This document shows, one piece after another, positions 1-7,247 of a DNA stretch of 19,738 bases. The stretch is from positions 1-19,738 of the forward strand of contig CAXBPH010000120.1 of assembly GCA_963977445.1 (NCBI GenBank). Direction: 5' to 3'. Numbering within the stretch: the first letter of the stretch is position 1; each line of letters starts with the position of its first letter. The notes below the pieces were generated by a model. The model was given only the letters and a program-made list of their open reading frames with translations, was not told the origin of the DNA and did not search any database. The translations under genes and the position numbers were made by a program. Source of the stretch: an uncultured bacterium (GTDB lineage Bacteria; Hydrogenedentota; Hydrogenedentia; Hydrogenedentales; JAEUWI01).

Positions 1-1
1 T

Positions 2-334
2 GCCGGGTTGATCTTGCTCGGCGTGCTCTTCATCTGGAAAAACGCGACCTCCCTGTTGCCACGGCGGGAGCGCCTGTTGGCCACACAGGTAGCCCAGGCA
101 CGGAGCAAGCAGTCGGGCCTCGACAATCTTCTGGTGCGCTTCGTTGCACCCGCCAGCCTGCTGCCCTTGTGTATGCAGGAGTGGCGACAGCATTTTGCGA
201 AGGGGCCCAGCGCTGCACAGGTCGAAAAGGCCTACGCCGCTCTCGGAGTTTCGGATAAAACGACCGCGAATGGCGAGCAAATTGTCGCCATGTATAACCA
301 TATCGTCCAGGCCAACCGCAGTCAGCGTCCCTGA
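2..334 (+). CDS. 3' end of a membrane protein, probably the DUF4350-type partner of the MoxR cluster (5' end outside window)
   Basis: Frame is open from the window edge (2 GCC GGG TTG...) to TGA at 332-334. A hydrophobic helix (AGLILLGVLFIW) precedes a short soluble tail. It lies just upstream of moxR, where DUF4350 proteins usually sit. Family assignment is inferred from context. Confidence 0.55.
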   Translation, partial: AGLILLGVLFIWKNATSLLPRRERLLATQVAQARSKQSGLDNLLVRFVAPASLLPLCMQEWRQHFAKGPSAAQVEKAYAALGVSDKTTANGEQIVAMYNHIVQANRSQRP

Positions 335-392
335 CCCGACGGCTTATTCATCGCCCTGAAACAAAAACTCGGGGCCGGAAAGGAAGAACTCG

Positions 393-1358
393 GTGGAATA
401 CAATTTGGATCAACTTCAGGAGGTGCTGGCGCGCACGCGGAGTGAAATCGCGAAGGTTATCATCGGTCAGCAGGCGGTCGTCGACCAGGCGCTGGTTACG
501 ATTTTTGCCGGGCAGCACGCCCTCATCGAAGGTGTACCCGGTGTAGCCAAAACCCTGCTTGTCCGCACACTGGCCAAGGTCCTGGGCTGCGACTTCGGGC
601 GCATCCAATTTACGCCCGATCTCATGCCGACCGACATCGTGGGAACGAACGTCTTCAACATGGGCGAAAATGCTTTCACCCTGGTAAAGGGTCCCGTCTT
701 TACGACCTTCCTCCTGGCGGACGAAATCAATCGTGCCCCCGCCAAGACCCAGAGCGCCCTCCTGCAGGCCATGCAGGAGCGGAACGTTACCATCGACCGA
801 GAAACCTATGAACTGGCACCCAACTTTTCGGTCTTTGCAACCCAGAACCCCATCGAGTATGAGGGCACCTACCCCCTGCCCGAAGCCCAGAAAGATCGGT
901 TTCTCCTCAAGATAACCATGGGATGCCCGGAAGCCGAGGAAGAAATCCTCCTGGCCCAGCGCTCTCTTTCTTCCGCAGCACCAGAGCAAATCCTTCGCGC
1001 CGAAGCGGTGCAACCGGTCCTGACCGCCGAAGCCCTCACCGTCTGCCGCGGTGCCCTGGAGTCCGTCGCGATTCGTGAGGAACTCATCCACTATGCCGTG
1101 GCCATCGTGCGGACAACCCGAACCTATAGCAGCATCCTCGTAGGCGCAGGCCCCCGGGCCACCCAGGCCCTGCTCCTCGCCAGCCGCGTCAACGCCGCTC
1201 TACGGGGAAGGGACTTCGTAACCCCCGACGATATCAAATATCTGGCTATCCCCGTCCTCGCCCACCGACTGGTGCTCCGTCCTGAATTCGAAATCGAAGG
1301 ACTCACCGTGGAAGAAGTGGTCCACGAGCTGCTGACGACGGTAACCGTACCACGATGA
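393..1358 (+). CDS. moxR: MoxR-family AAA+ ATPase
   Basis: Walker A GVPGVAKT, RIQFTPDLMPTDI, Walker B LLADEINRAPAKTQSALL, ATQNPIEYEGTYPLPEAQKDRF and GAGPRA motifs. GTG start preceded by AAGGAAG. Confidence 0.95.
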   Translation: MEYNLDQLQEVLARTRSEIAKVIIGQQAVVDQALVTIFAGQHALIEGVPGVAKTLLVRTLAKVLGCDFGRIQFTPDLMPTDIVGTNVFNMGENAFTLVKGPVFTTFLLADEINRAPAKTQSALLQAMQERNVTIDRETYELAPNFSVFATQNPIEYEGTYPLPEAQKDRFLLKITMGCPEAEEEILLAQRSLSSAAPEQILRAEAVQPVLTAEALTVCRGALESVAIREELIHYAVAIVRTTRTYSSILVGAGPRATQALLLASRVNAALRGRDFVTPDDIKYLAIPVLAHRLVLRPEFEIEGLTVEEVVHELLTTVTVPR

Positions 1359-2704
1359 TTTCCCCGTCCAACAGATTGCTCCTCTGGTGTGCCTGGCTGG
1401 TGCTGCCGTGCGCCCTTGTAAGCGCCTTGGGCAACGCCTACCTGGCGGGTGCCCTGGCCCTGTTCTTGTTTGGGCTGTTGTTGGCCCTCATCGATTTCTA
1501 TCGCGGCGCTCACTATCCCAAGACCCTGTTGGTCCACCTGCCGGCATTGACCCGATACTCCCGCCACCGGGCCGGGCGCTTTGAAGTCACGATAGAGTCC
1601 ACCGTTGCCCGGACACGGCCCTATGGGCTGCGCGTGGGCCTTTCGGTGCCCGAAGGGCTGAACGTTGAGGAACCTATCCAATCGGTCACCCTGCCGGGGG
1701 CCATCGGGCGCTATCCCCTGCCGTGGACCTGCACCCCCCAGCGACGGGGAAAGTTTAGCTTCGACGGAGCCTATATCGAATGCCTGTCCCCCTGGGGCCT
1801 GTGGATGTTTCGTCGTCACGTGGGGAATGTGGCCGAAATCCGGGTCTACCCCAATCTGATTCCCGAGCGCAATCGTATGGCCTCGGCCTTTCTCAATCGA
1901 ACCGGGGTAGGCGCCCATGCCCAGCGACAGGTCGGTAAGGGCCGTGAATTCGAGCAGCTCCGGGAGTATATCCCCGGCGACAGCTACGAGGATATTCACT
2001 GGAAGGCGACCGCCCGCCGGGGCTTCCCGATTACAAAGACCTATCAGATCGAGCGCACCCAGGAGGTCTACGTAATCGTGGACTCCTCCCGCCTGAGTGC
2101 CCGCACCATACCCGGAAGTGGCCCCAACGGTACGGCCGAAGCACAGTTGGAACACACCCTGAGCGCGGCCTTGCTACTGGGCGTCGTCGCAGAACGTCAG
2201 GGGGACTTCTTCGGGCTGGCCACCTTCAGCGACCGGGTCCATACCTTTATTCGCGCAAGTAAGGGACGGGGCCACTTCAACAGCTGCCGGGAAGCCCTCT
2301 ACACCCTGGAACCCCAGCGGGTGAATCCTGATTTTGAGGAAATATGCACCTTTATCCGCCTCCGACTACGGCGGCGTGCCCTGCTGATATTCCTGACCAA
2401 CCTCGACGATCCCGTGCTGGCGGAGAGCTTCAGTAAGAATCTGGACTTGCTGGCCAATCGCCACCTCGTCATGGTAAACATGATCACCCCATCTCATGTG
2501 CGACCCGTATTTTCTCAGGGGCAAGTCAGCAATATCGACGAGGTCTATCGCCATCTCGGGGGCCATCTTCAGTGGCACAACCTTCGTGAAACACAGCGTA
2601 CCCTCTTTCGTCATGGTGTTGACCTCCATCTGGCCAATCACGAAAGCCTATGCGCAGACATGGTCTCCCAGTACGTCAGCGTAAAACAACGGCAAGCCTT
2701 ATGA
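1355..2704 (+). CDS. DUF58 domain (VWA-like) membrane protein, MoxR partner
   Basis: Two N-terminal hydrophobic helices, GREFEQLREYIPGD...IHWKATAR DUF58 signature, MIDAS-like VIVDSSRLS. ATGA overlap with moxR. Confidence 0.9.
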   Translation: MISPSNRLLLWCAWLVLPCALVSALGNAYLAGALALFLFGLLLALIDFYRGAHYPKTLLVHLPALTRYSRHRAGRFEVTIESTVARTRPYGLRVGLSVPEGLNVEEPIQSVTLPGAIGRYPLPWTCTPQRRGKFSFDGAYIECLSPWGLWMFRRHVGNVAEIRVYPNLIPERNRMASAFLNRTGVGAHAQRQVGKGREFEQLREYIPGDSYEDIHWKATARRGFPITKTYQIERTQEVYVIVDSSRLSARTIPGSGPNGTAEAQLEHTLSAALLLGVVAERQGDFFGLATFSDRVHTFIRASKGRGHFNSCREALYTLEPQRVNPDFEEICTFIRLRLRRRALLIFLTNLDDPVLAESFSKNLDLLANRHLVMVNMITPSHVRPVFSQGQVSNIDEVYRHLGGHLQWHNLRETQRTLFRHGVDLHLANHESLCADMVSQYVSVKQRQAL

Positions 2705-3732
2705 TTATTGATCTGGAACGATTTATCACCAAAGAGCAGCCCTACTGGAATGAGCTGCAATCGATATTGGACCTCCTGGACAGGCGGACCGGTCACGTCC
2801 TCGATTTGACTGCCGTGAAGCGATTCGACTATCTATACCACCGGACCGCCTCCGACCTCGCCCGCATCAGCACCTTCTCCGCCGAACCGGCCATCCGCCG
2901 CTATCTGGAAAACCTGGTAGCACGGGCCTACGCCGAAGTGCACGGCGCACGAAGAAAAGAAAAGCGTTTCAGTTTTCCCGTCTGGGCCTTCCAGACTTTT
3001 CCTATCACCTTTCGACGACACCTGCGCGCCTTCAACATGACCGTCATCGTCACCCTCGTGGGGTGTGCCTTCGGTGCCCTCGTGGTCGCCACCGACGCCC
3101 CCGCCAAAGGGGTCATCTTGCCTTTTGACCACTTGCTGGGCAGCCCATCGGATCGGGTTGCTGACGAGGAGTCGGCTACCGAAGATCGGATGGCGGGAAA
3201 TCGGAGCATGTTTTCCGCCCAGCTCATGGCCAACAATATCCGGGTCAGTATCAATGCTATGGCTTTCGGATTAACCTGGGGCATCGGGACCCTCATACTC
3301 TTGTTTTACAATGGCATTATCCTGGGCGCGGTAATCCTGGACTATGTCTGGGCGGGCGAAAGCGTCTTCCTGGTAGGCTGGTTGCTGCCCCATGGCTCAA
3401 TTGAGATACCGGCGATTCTGTTGGGCGGACAAGCAGGCCTGGTCTTGGCCCATGCCCTCATCGGTTTTGGCTCGGAACTTTCCCTCCGGGAACGGATGCG
3501 GCAAGTCTCCCCTGATTTGGTCACCCTGATTGCTGGCGTTGCCCTCATGCTGGTCTGGGCCGGCATCATTGAGTCCTTTTTCTCCCAATACCATGAACCC
3601 TTCCTCCCCTATAGCTTGAAAATCACCTTTGGCGCCGTAGAGTTACTGCTTCTCACCGCCTTCCTCGCCCGCAGTGGCCGGAAACATGAAATGGGGCCAA
3701 AGGAGACGGCTGGCGTGGTGCATAGCACATGA
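2701..3732 (+). CDS. Stage II sporulation protein M (SpoIIM/DUF95) family integral membrane protein
   Basis: NNIRVS...LFYNGIILG...LLPHGSIEIPAI...AGIIESFFS motifs and several TM helices. Start set at ATG 2701 (ATGA overlap with the DUF58 stop) rather than the ORF-track start at 2650. Confidence 0.88.
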   Translation: MIIDLERFITKEQPYWNELQSILDLLDRRTGHVLDLTAVKRFDYLYHRTASDLARISTFSAEPAIRRYLENLVARAYAEVHGARRKEKRFSFPVWAFQTFPITFRRHLRAFNMTVIVTLVGCAFGALVVATDAPAKGVILPFDHLLGSPSDRVADEESATEDRMAGNRSMFSAQLMANNIRVSINAMAFGLTWGIGTLILLFYNGIILGAVILDYVWAGESVFLVGWLLPHGSIEIPAILLGGQAGLVLAHALIGFGSELSLRERMRQVSPDLVTLIAGVALMLVWAGIIESFFSQYHEPFLPYSLKITFGAVELLLLTAFLARSGRKHEMGPKETAGVVHST

Positions 3733-4496
3733 TTACCGATCTGCGCAGACGTGTCGTCATCGAGACGCCCGAAGGGGTTTCCTTTTCCATCTACCTGGCG
3801 GGGCCCTTTACACGATTCCTGGCCTGGCTGGTGGATTGCCTCCTCGTGTTGGCGGCCTCCTGGTTCGTCTTTAAACTTGCCCTTCAGTCAGTCTTCCTTT
3901 TCGGAAATTTAGGCTTTGCCTTTCTCGCACTTTTTTATTTTGCCAGCGGCTTTCTCTATCGCATCGTGATGGAGTGGCGCTTCCACGGTCAGACCCTCGG
4001 GAAAAGGCTGCTCCGGCTTCGGGTTATTGACAGCGGCGGGTTGCGCCTTCATTTCAGCCAGATTGTGATTCGAAACCTCCTCCGGGTCCTGGATGCCATG
4101 CCCTTCTTCTATCTCGTCGGTGGCTTGACCATGTTGTTTACGAAATGGCATCAGCGCCTGGGGGACATTGCGGGCAATTGTGTTGTCACCTATCTGCCCG
4201 AAGATGGGACGCCGGATTTCGCCCAGGTGCTTCCGGGCAAATACAATTCCTTTCGGGATTACCCCCATCTTGAGGGACGGCTGCGTCAACAAGTATCGCC
4301 GCAAGAAGCGGATCTACTCGTGCAGGCGTTGCTGCGCCGGGAACCCCTCGACGCCAATGAGCGGGTCCAATTGTACCGGGAGCTTGCGGATCATTTCCGG
4401 GAGAAGTCCAGTTTCCCCGAAACGGCAACGGCCGGTATTACGGACGAACAGTATCTTCGAAATGTCGTAGACACCGTCTTCCGGGGCCGTAGATAA
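3729..4496 (+). CDS. RDD family membrane protein
   Basis: IETPEGV...LAGPFTRFLAWLVD, GQTLGKRLLRLRV, RNLLRVLD and QRLGDIAG motifs. ATGA overlap with the SpoIIM gene. Confidence 0.9.
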   Translation: MITDLRRRVVIETPEGVSFSIYLAGPFTRFLAWLVDCLLVLAASWFVFKLALQSVFLFGNLGFAFLALFYFASGFLYRIVMEWRFHGQTLGKRLLRLRVIDSGGLRLHFSQIVIRNLLRVLDAMPFFYLVGGLTMLFTKWHQRLGDIAGNCVVTYLPEDGTPDFAQVLPGKYNSFRDYPHLEGRLRQQVSPQEADLLVQALLRREPLDANERVQLYRELADHFREKSSFPETATAGITDEQYLRNVVDTVFRGRR

Positions 4497-4527
4497 GACA
4501 GTTTGTGCATGATTTTCACCCGTTGCA

Positions 4528-4557
4528 TTGATCACCGCAATAACGAATCAGTAAGAT
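4528..4557 (+). promoter_or_regulatory. Putative sigma70-type promoter for the first GlcG/HbpS gene
   Basis: TTGATC (4528-4533), 18-bp spacer, TAAGAT (4552-4557). Shares AATCAGTAnnATG with the promoter of the second copy. Confidence 0.45.
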
Positions 4558-4650
4558 GAGCACGTCGTTGGCGGGCACTCGATCTCTCGAATGCCGGGGG
4601 TGTTTTGTGTCCGTCTGAGTTTCAATAACACCCCATGGAAAGATCCCCCA

Positions 4651-5160
4651 ATGAAAAGTAAATTATTCTTTGCCGGTGCCCTCGCACTCTGTCTCGTTAG
4701 CGTTTGCACCTACAACTGGTCCTCCGTAAGTGCCCATGATGATGCCGGTGAATTCGCCGGTGCCGACATCGATCTCCACGCCGCGACCCACATTATCGAA
4801 GCGGCCATCGCGAAAGCAGAAGAGCTCGACACCAAGATGGACATCTGCGTCGTTGACGCCGGGGCCAATCTGAAGGCTTTCGTCCGCATGGATGGTGCCT
4901 GGCTCGGCAGCATCGATATTGCCATCAAGAAGGCCAAGACGGCCCGTTTTTTTGACATGAATACGGGCGACATCGGTGGACTCAGCCAGCCCGGGGGCCC
5001 GCTCTACAATATTGAGCACTCCAACGACGGCCTTATCACCTTCCCCGGTGGCATTCCGCTCAAGAACAAAGCCGGCCAGATTATTGGTGCCATTGGCGTC
5101 TCCGGTTCCTCCGTAGAAAACGACCACGCCGTTGCCGCAGCCGGTGCCGCTGCCCTGTAA
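4651..5160 (+). CDS. GlcG/HbpS (DUF336) family haem-binding protein with N-terminal Sec-type signal peptide
   Basis: [31 protein letters not shown] and GAIGVSG motifs. Start at ATG 4651 gives MKSK, a hydrophobic core and VSA|HDD as a likely signal peptidase I site. 169 aa. Confidence 0.88.
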   Translation: MKSKLFFAGALALCLVSVCTYNWSSVSAHDDAGEFAGADIDLHAATHIIEAAIAKAEELDTKMDICVVDAGANLKAFVRMDGAWLGSIDIAIKKAKTARFFDMNTGDIGGLSQPGGPLYNIEHSNDGLITFPGGIPLKNKAGQIIGAIGVSGSSVENDHAVAAAGAAAL

Positions 5161-5183
5161 GACGATGCATCCCTATTGATTAT

Positions 5184-5221
5184 GGCCCCCGTACCTTCCG
5201 GCACGGGGGCCTTTCTGTATT
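5184..5221 (+). terminator. Intrinsic terminator
   Basis: Perfect 9-bp stem GGCCCCCGT (5184-5192) / ACGGGGGCC (5203-5211), followed by TTTCTGTATT, 23 nt after the stop codon. Confidence 0.8.
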
Positions 5222-5240
5222 CTGGGGCGTTGGGATGAAA

Positions 5241-5269
5241 TTGACGAATGGTGACAAAATCAGTACTAT
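5241..5269 (+). promoter_or_regulatory. Putative sigma70-type promoter for the second GlcG/HbpS gene
   Basis: TTGACG (5241-5246), 17-bp spacer, TACTAT (5264-5269); close to consensus. Confidence 0.6.
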
Positions 5270-5355
5270 GGCGACGAACCACCGGGCGCAGTGTAGGGAC
5301 GAATGCAGGAGTCCTGTGTGCCCGGCCAACCCGCTTAACCGAAAAGGAAGAGACT

Positions 5356-5763
5356 ATGATAAGCGCTGACATTTCCCTGGAAGATGCCACCCGAATCGTA
5401 GAAGCTGCCGTCAAGAAGGCCGTTGAACTCGAAACCAAGATGAATATCTGCGTGGTAGACGCCGGTGCCAATCTCAAAGCTTTTGTCCGTATGGACGGTG
5501 CCTGGCTTGGGAGTATCGACATTTCCCATAAGAAAGCCAAAACGGCCCGCTTCTTCGACATGGATACCGGTATTGTCGGTAGCCTGAGCCAGCCCGGCGG
5601 CTCCCTCTACAACATAGAGCACTCCAACGGCGGGCTGATTACCTTCCCCGGCGGTGTTCCCTTGAAGAACGCCGAAGGTCAGGTCGTTGGTGCCATTGGT
5701 GTTTCCGGCTCTTCGGTCGAAAATGACCACGCCGTGGCCTCCGCCGGTGCCGCCGCGCTTTAA
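5356..5763 (+). CDS. GlcG/HbpS (DUF336) family haem-binding protein, cytoplasmic paralog
   Basis: Same motifs as 4651-5160; 108/132 identical residues by manual alignment. AAGGAAG lies upstream of ATG 5356. No signal peptide. 135 aa. Confidence 0.9.
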   Translation: MISADISLEDATRIVEAAVKKAVELETKMNICVVDAGANLKAFVRMDGAWLGSIDISHKKAKTARFFDMDTGIVGSLSQPGGSLYNIEHSNGGLITFPGGVPLKNAEGQVVGAIGVSGSSVENDHAVASAGAAAL

Positions 5764-5785
5764 TCCCCCTCTACCGACGTTCTCC

Positions 5786-5821
5786 GACGCCCCCGACACC
5801 TCGTGCGGGGGCGTTTTCTTT
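5786..5821 (+). terminator. Intrinsic terminator
   Basis: Stem GACGCCCCCG (5786-5795) / CGGGGGCGTT (5806-5815) extended by CAC/GTG, with a TTTTCTTT tract (5814-5821). Confidence 0.82.
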
Positions 5822-5848
5822 ACCAGTACGGGCAAATCGGGGTATACT
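5820..5848 (+). promoter_or_regulatory. Putative sigma70-type promoter for the ybaB-fmt-rsmB operon
   Basis: TTACCA (5820-5825), 17-bp spacer, TATACT (5843-5848), immediately after the upstream terminator. Confidence 0.5.
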
Positions 5849-5976
5849 AGGGGGACGTACCCCCTCGCCCATCGATCCGTTCGATGGCGGCAGTCGCATC
5901 CGCCCCGAAGGGTAGTAGGGATGCCCCACCCCGCCTCGGGGTCTATCGATTGGTTGGATTCAAGAAAGGAAGCATT

Positions 5977-6312
5977 GTGCTCAAAGGTTTAGGTGATCTC
6001 GGAAAAATGGGTGGCATGCTCAAGCAGGCTATGGAAATGAAGGGCAAGATGGAGGAGTTGAAGGAGCAGCTGGGTGACGAGCGCATCGCCGCCGATTCCG
6101 GTGCCGGTATGGTCCAGGTGGTCATGAACGGCAAGATGGAACTCCTTTCGATAAAGATCGATCGCGACATCATCAATCCCGAAGAACCCGAAATGCTTGA
6201 GACCATGGTGCAGGCAGCTATCAACGAAGGCACCCGCAAGGCCCAGGAGATGGTGAAGGAAAAAATGAGCGAAATGGCAGGCGGCATCGACATTCCAGGA
6301 CTGACAAGCTAG
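5977..6312 (+). CDS. ybaB: YbaB/EbfC family nucleoid-associated protein
   Basis: MGGMLKQAMEM...SGAGMVQVVMNG...PEMLETMVQAAINE...MAGGIDIPG pattern. GTG 5977 follows GAAAGGA; ATG 6007 is an alternative start. Confidence 0.9.
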   Translation: MLKGLGDLGKMGGMLKQAMEMKGKMEELKEQLGDERIAADSGAGMVQVVMNGKMELLSIKIDRDIINPEEPEMLETMVQAAINEGTRKAQEMVKEKMSEMAGGIDIPGLTS

Positions 6313-7247
6313 TGCGCGTCGTTTTCTTTGGCACACCGGAAATTGCCGTGCCCACCCTGCAGGCCGTCGAGGCCCTCCATGATGTTGTGGCCGTGGTCTG
6401 CCAGCCGGACAAACCGCAAGGGCGCAGCAAGAAGCCTATACCCCCACCAGTCAAGGTAGCTGCGGAAAACCTGGGCATCCCGGTCCATCAACCCGTCAAA
6501 TTGAATGACGGCACTTTTGCGACCTGGCTTCAGGAGCAGGCGCCGGAGGTCTGTGTGATCGCCGCCTACGGCCGCATACTGAAACAGCCCGTGCTCGACA
6601 TCCCCCCCTCGGGCTGGCTCAATGTACACCCAAGTCTCCTGCCGAAATACAGGGGACCTTCCCCCATTCGCTCGGCCATTCTTAATGGCGACACAGAGAC
6701 AGGGGTGAGCATCATGCGGCTGGTCCTGGAAATGGACGCGGGTGACGTGCTCCTTCAGCGCCGCGTGACCATTGACGAAAACGAAAGTGCCGTGGAATTG
6801 GCCAAACGCCTGGGCATGCTCGGAGCCGATCTCATGCTCAAGAGCCTCCGCATGGTGGACGAGGGCACGGCCGAATTTACGCCCCAGGACCCCGACAAGG
6901 TGGTCGAATGCCGCATGTTTGAAAAGGCCGACGGGCGAATCCGCTGGGCAGCCGACGCCCACGCCATCCACAATCTGGTGCGGGCAGCACAGCCCTGGCC
7001 CATTGCCCATTGTCAGCTCAATGGAGAAGTCTATCGCATTCATGCCACCGAAATGGTCGATGGGGACGCTTCGGCCCCGCCCGGCACGGTGGAAGAGATT
7101 CTTAAAGACCGATTTGTCGTTGCCACCGGCAACGGCCTGCTCGCAGTTACTGCCATTCAGGCACCGGGTAAACGGGTCATGGCGGCCGGAGACTTTCTCC
7201 GCGGTCACAAACTCGAACCGGAAACCCAATTCATGGATATTACTTAA
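6312..7247 (+). CDS. fmt: Methionyl-tRNA formyltransferase
   Basis: MRVVFFGTPEIA, QPDKPQGR, AAYGRIL, NVHPSLLPKYRG and MDAGD motifs plus the C-terminal Fmt domain. TAGTG stop/start overlap with ybaB. Confidence 0.97.
   Translation: MRVVFFGTPEIAVPTLQAVEALHDVVAVVCQPDKPQGRSKKPIPPPVKVAAENLGIPVHQPVKLNDGTFATWLQEQAPEVCVIAAYGRILKQPVLDIPPSGWLNVHPSLLPKYRGPSPIRSAILNGDTETGVSIMRLVLEMDAGDVLLQRRVTIDENESAVELAKRLGMLGADLMLKSLRMVDEGTAEFTPQDPDKVVECRMFEKADGRIRWAADAHAIHNLVRAAQPWPIAHCQLNGEVYRIHATEMVDGDASAPPGTVEEILKDRFVVATGNGLLAVTAIQAPGKRVMAAGDFLRGHKLEPETQFMDIT

Noticed and set aside
348..2155. Long minus-strand ORFs 348-1091 and 1124-2155
   Set aside because: Antisense shadows of moxR and the DUF58 gene, expected in GC-rich DNA; no recognisable motifs.
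2701..3732. Sporulation function for the SpoIIM-family gene
   Set aside because: The MoxR/RDD-linked SpoIIM-like family is widespread in non-sporulating bacteria, and no other sporulation genes are present.
4504..4541. CRP/FNR-type sites upstream of the first GlcG/HbpS gene
   Set aside because: TGTGC...TCACC has 7-nt spacing and TTGAT lacks a matching ATCAA half-site; too weak to call.
4663..5835. Minus-strand ORFs that resemble each other (4663-5127, 4710-4973, 5004-5561, 5335-5835)
   Set aside because: The similarity mirrors the duplicated plus-strand GlcG/HbpS genes.
5849..5889. Possible guanidine-II riboswitch or SRP RNA upstream of ybaB
   Set aside because: The first loop is ACGTA rather than an ACGR tetraloop, the second loop lacks ACG, and the SRP domain IV motif (CAGG...GGAA...AGCAG) is absent.
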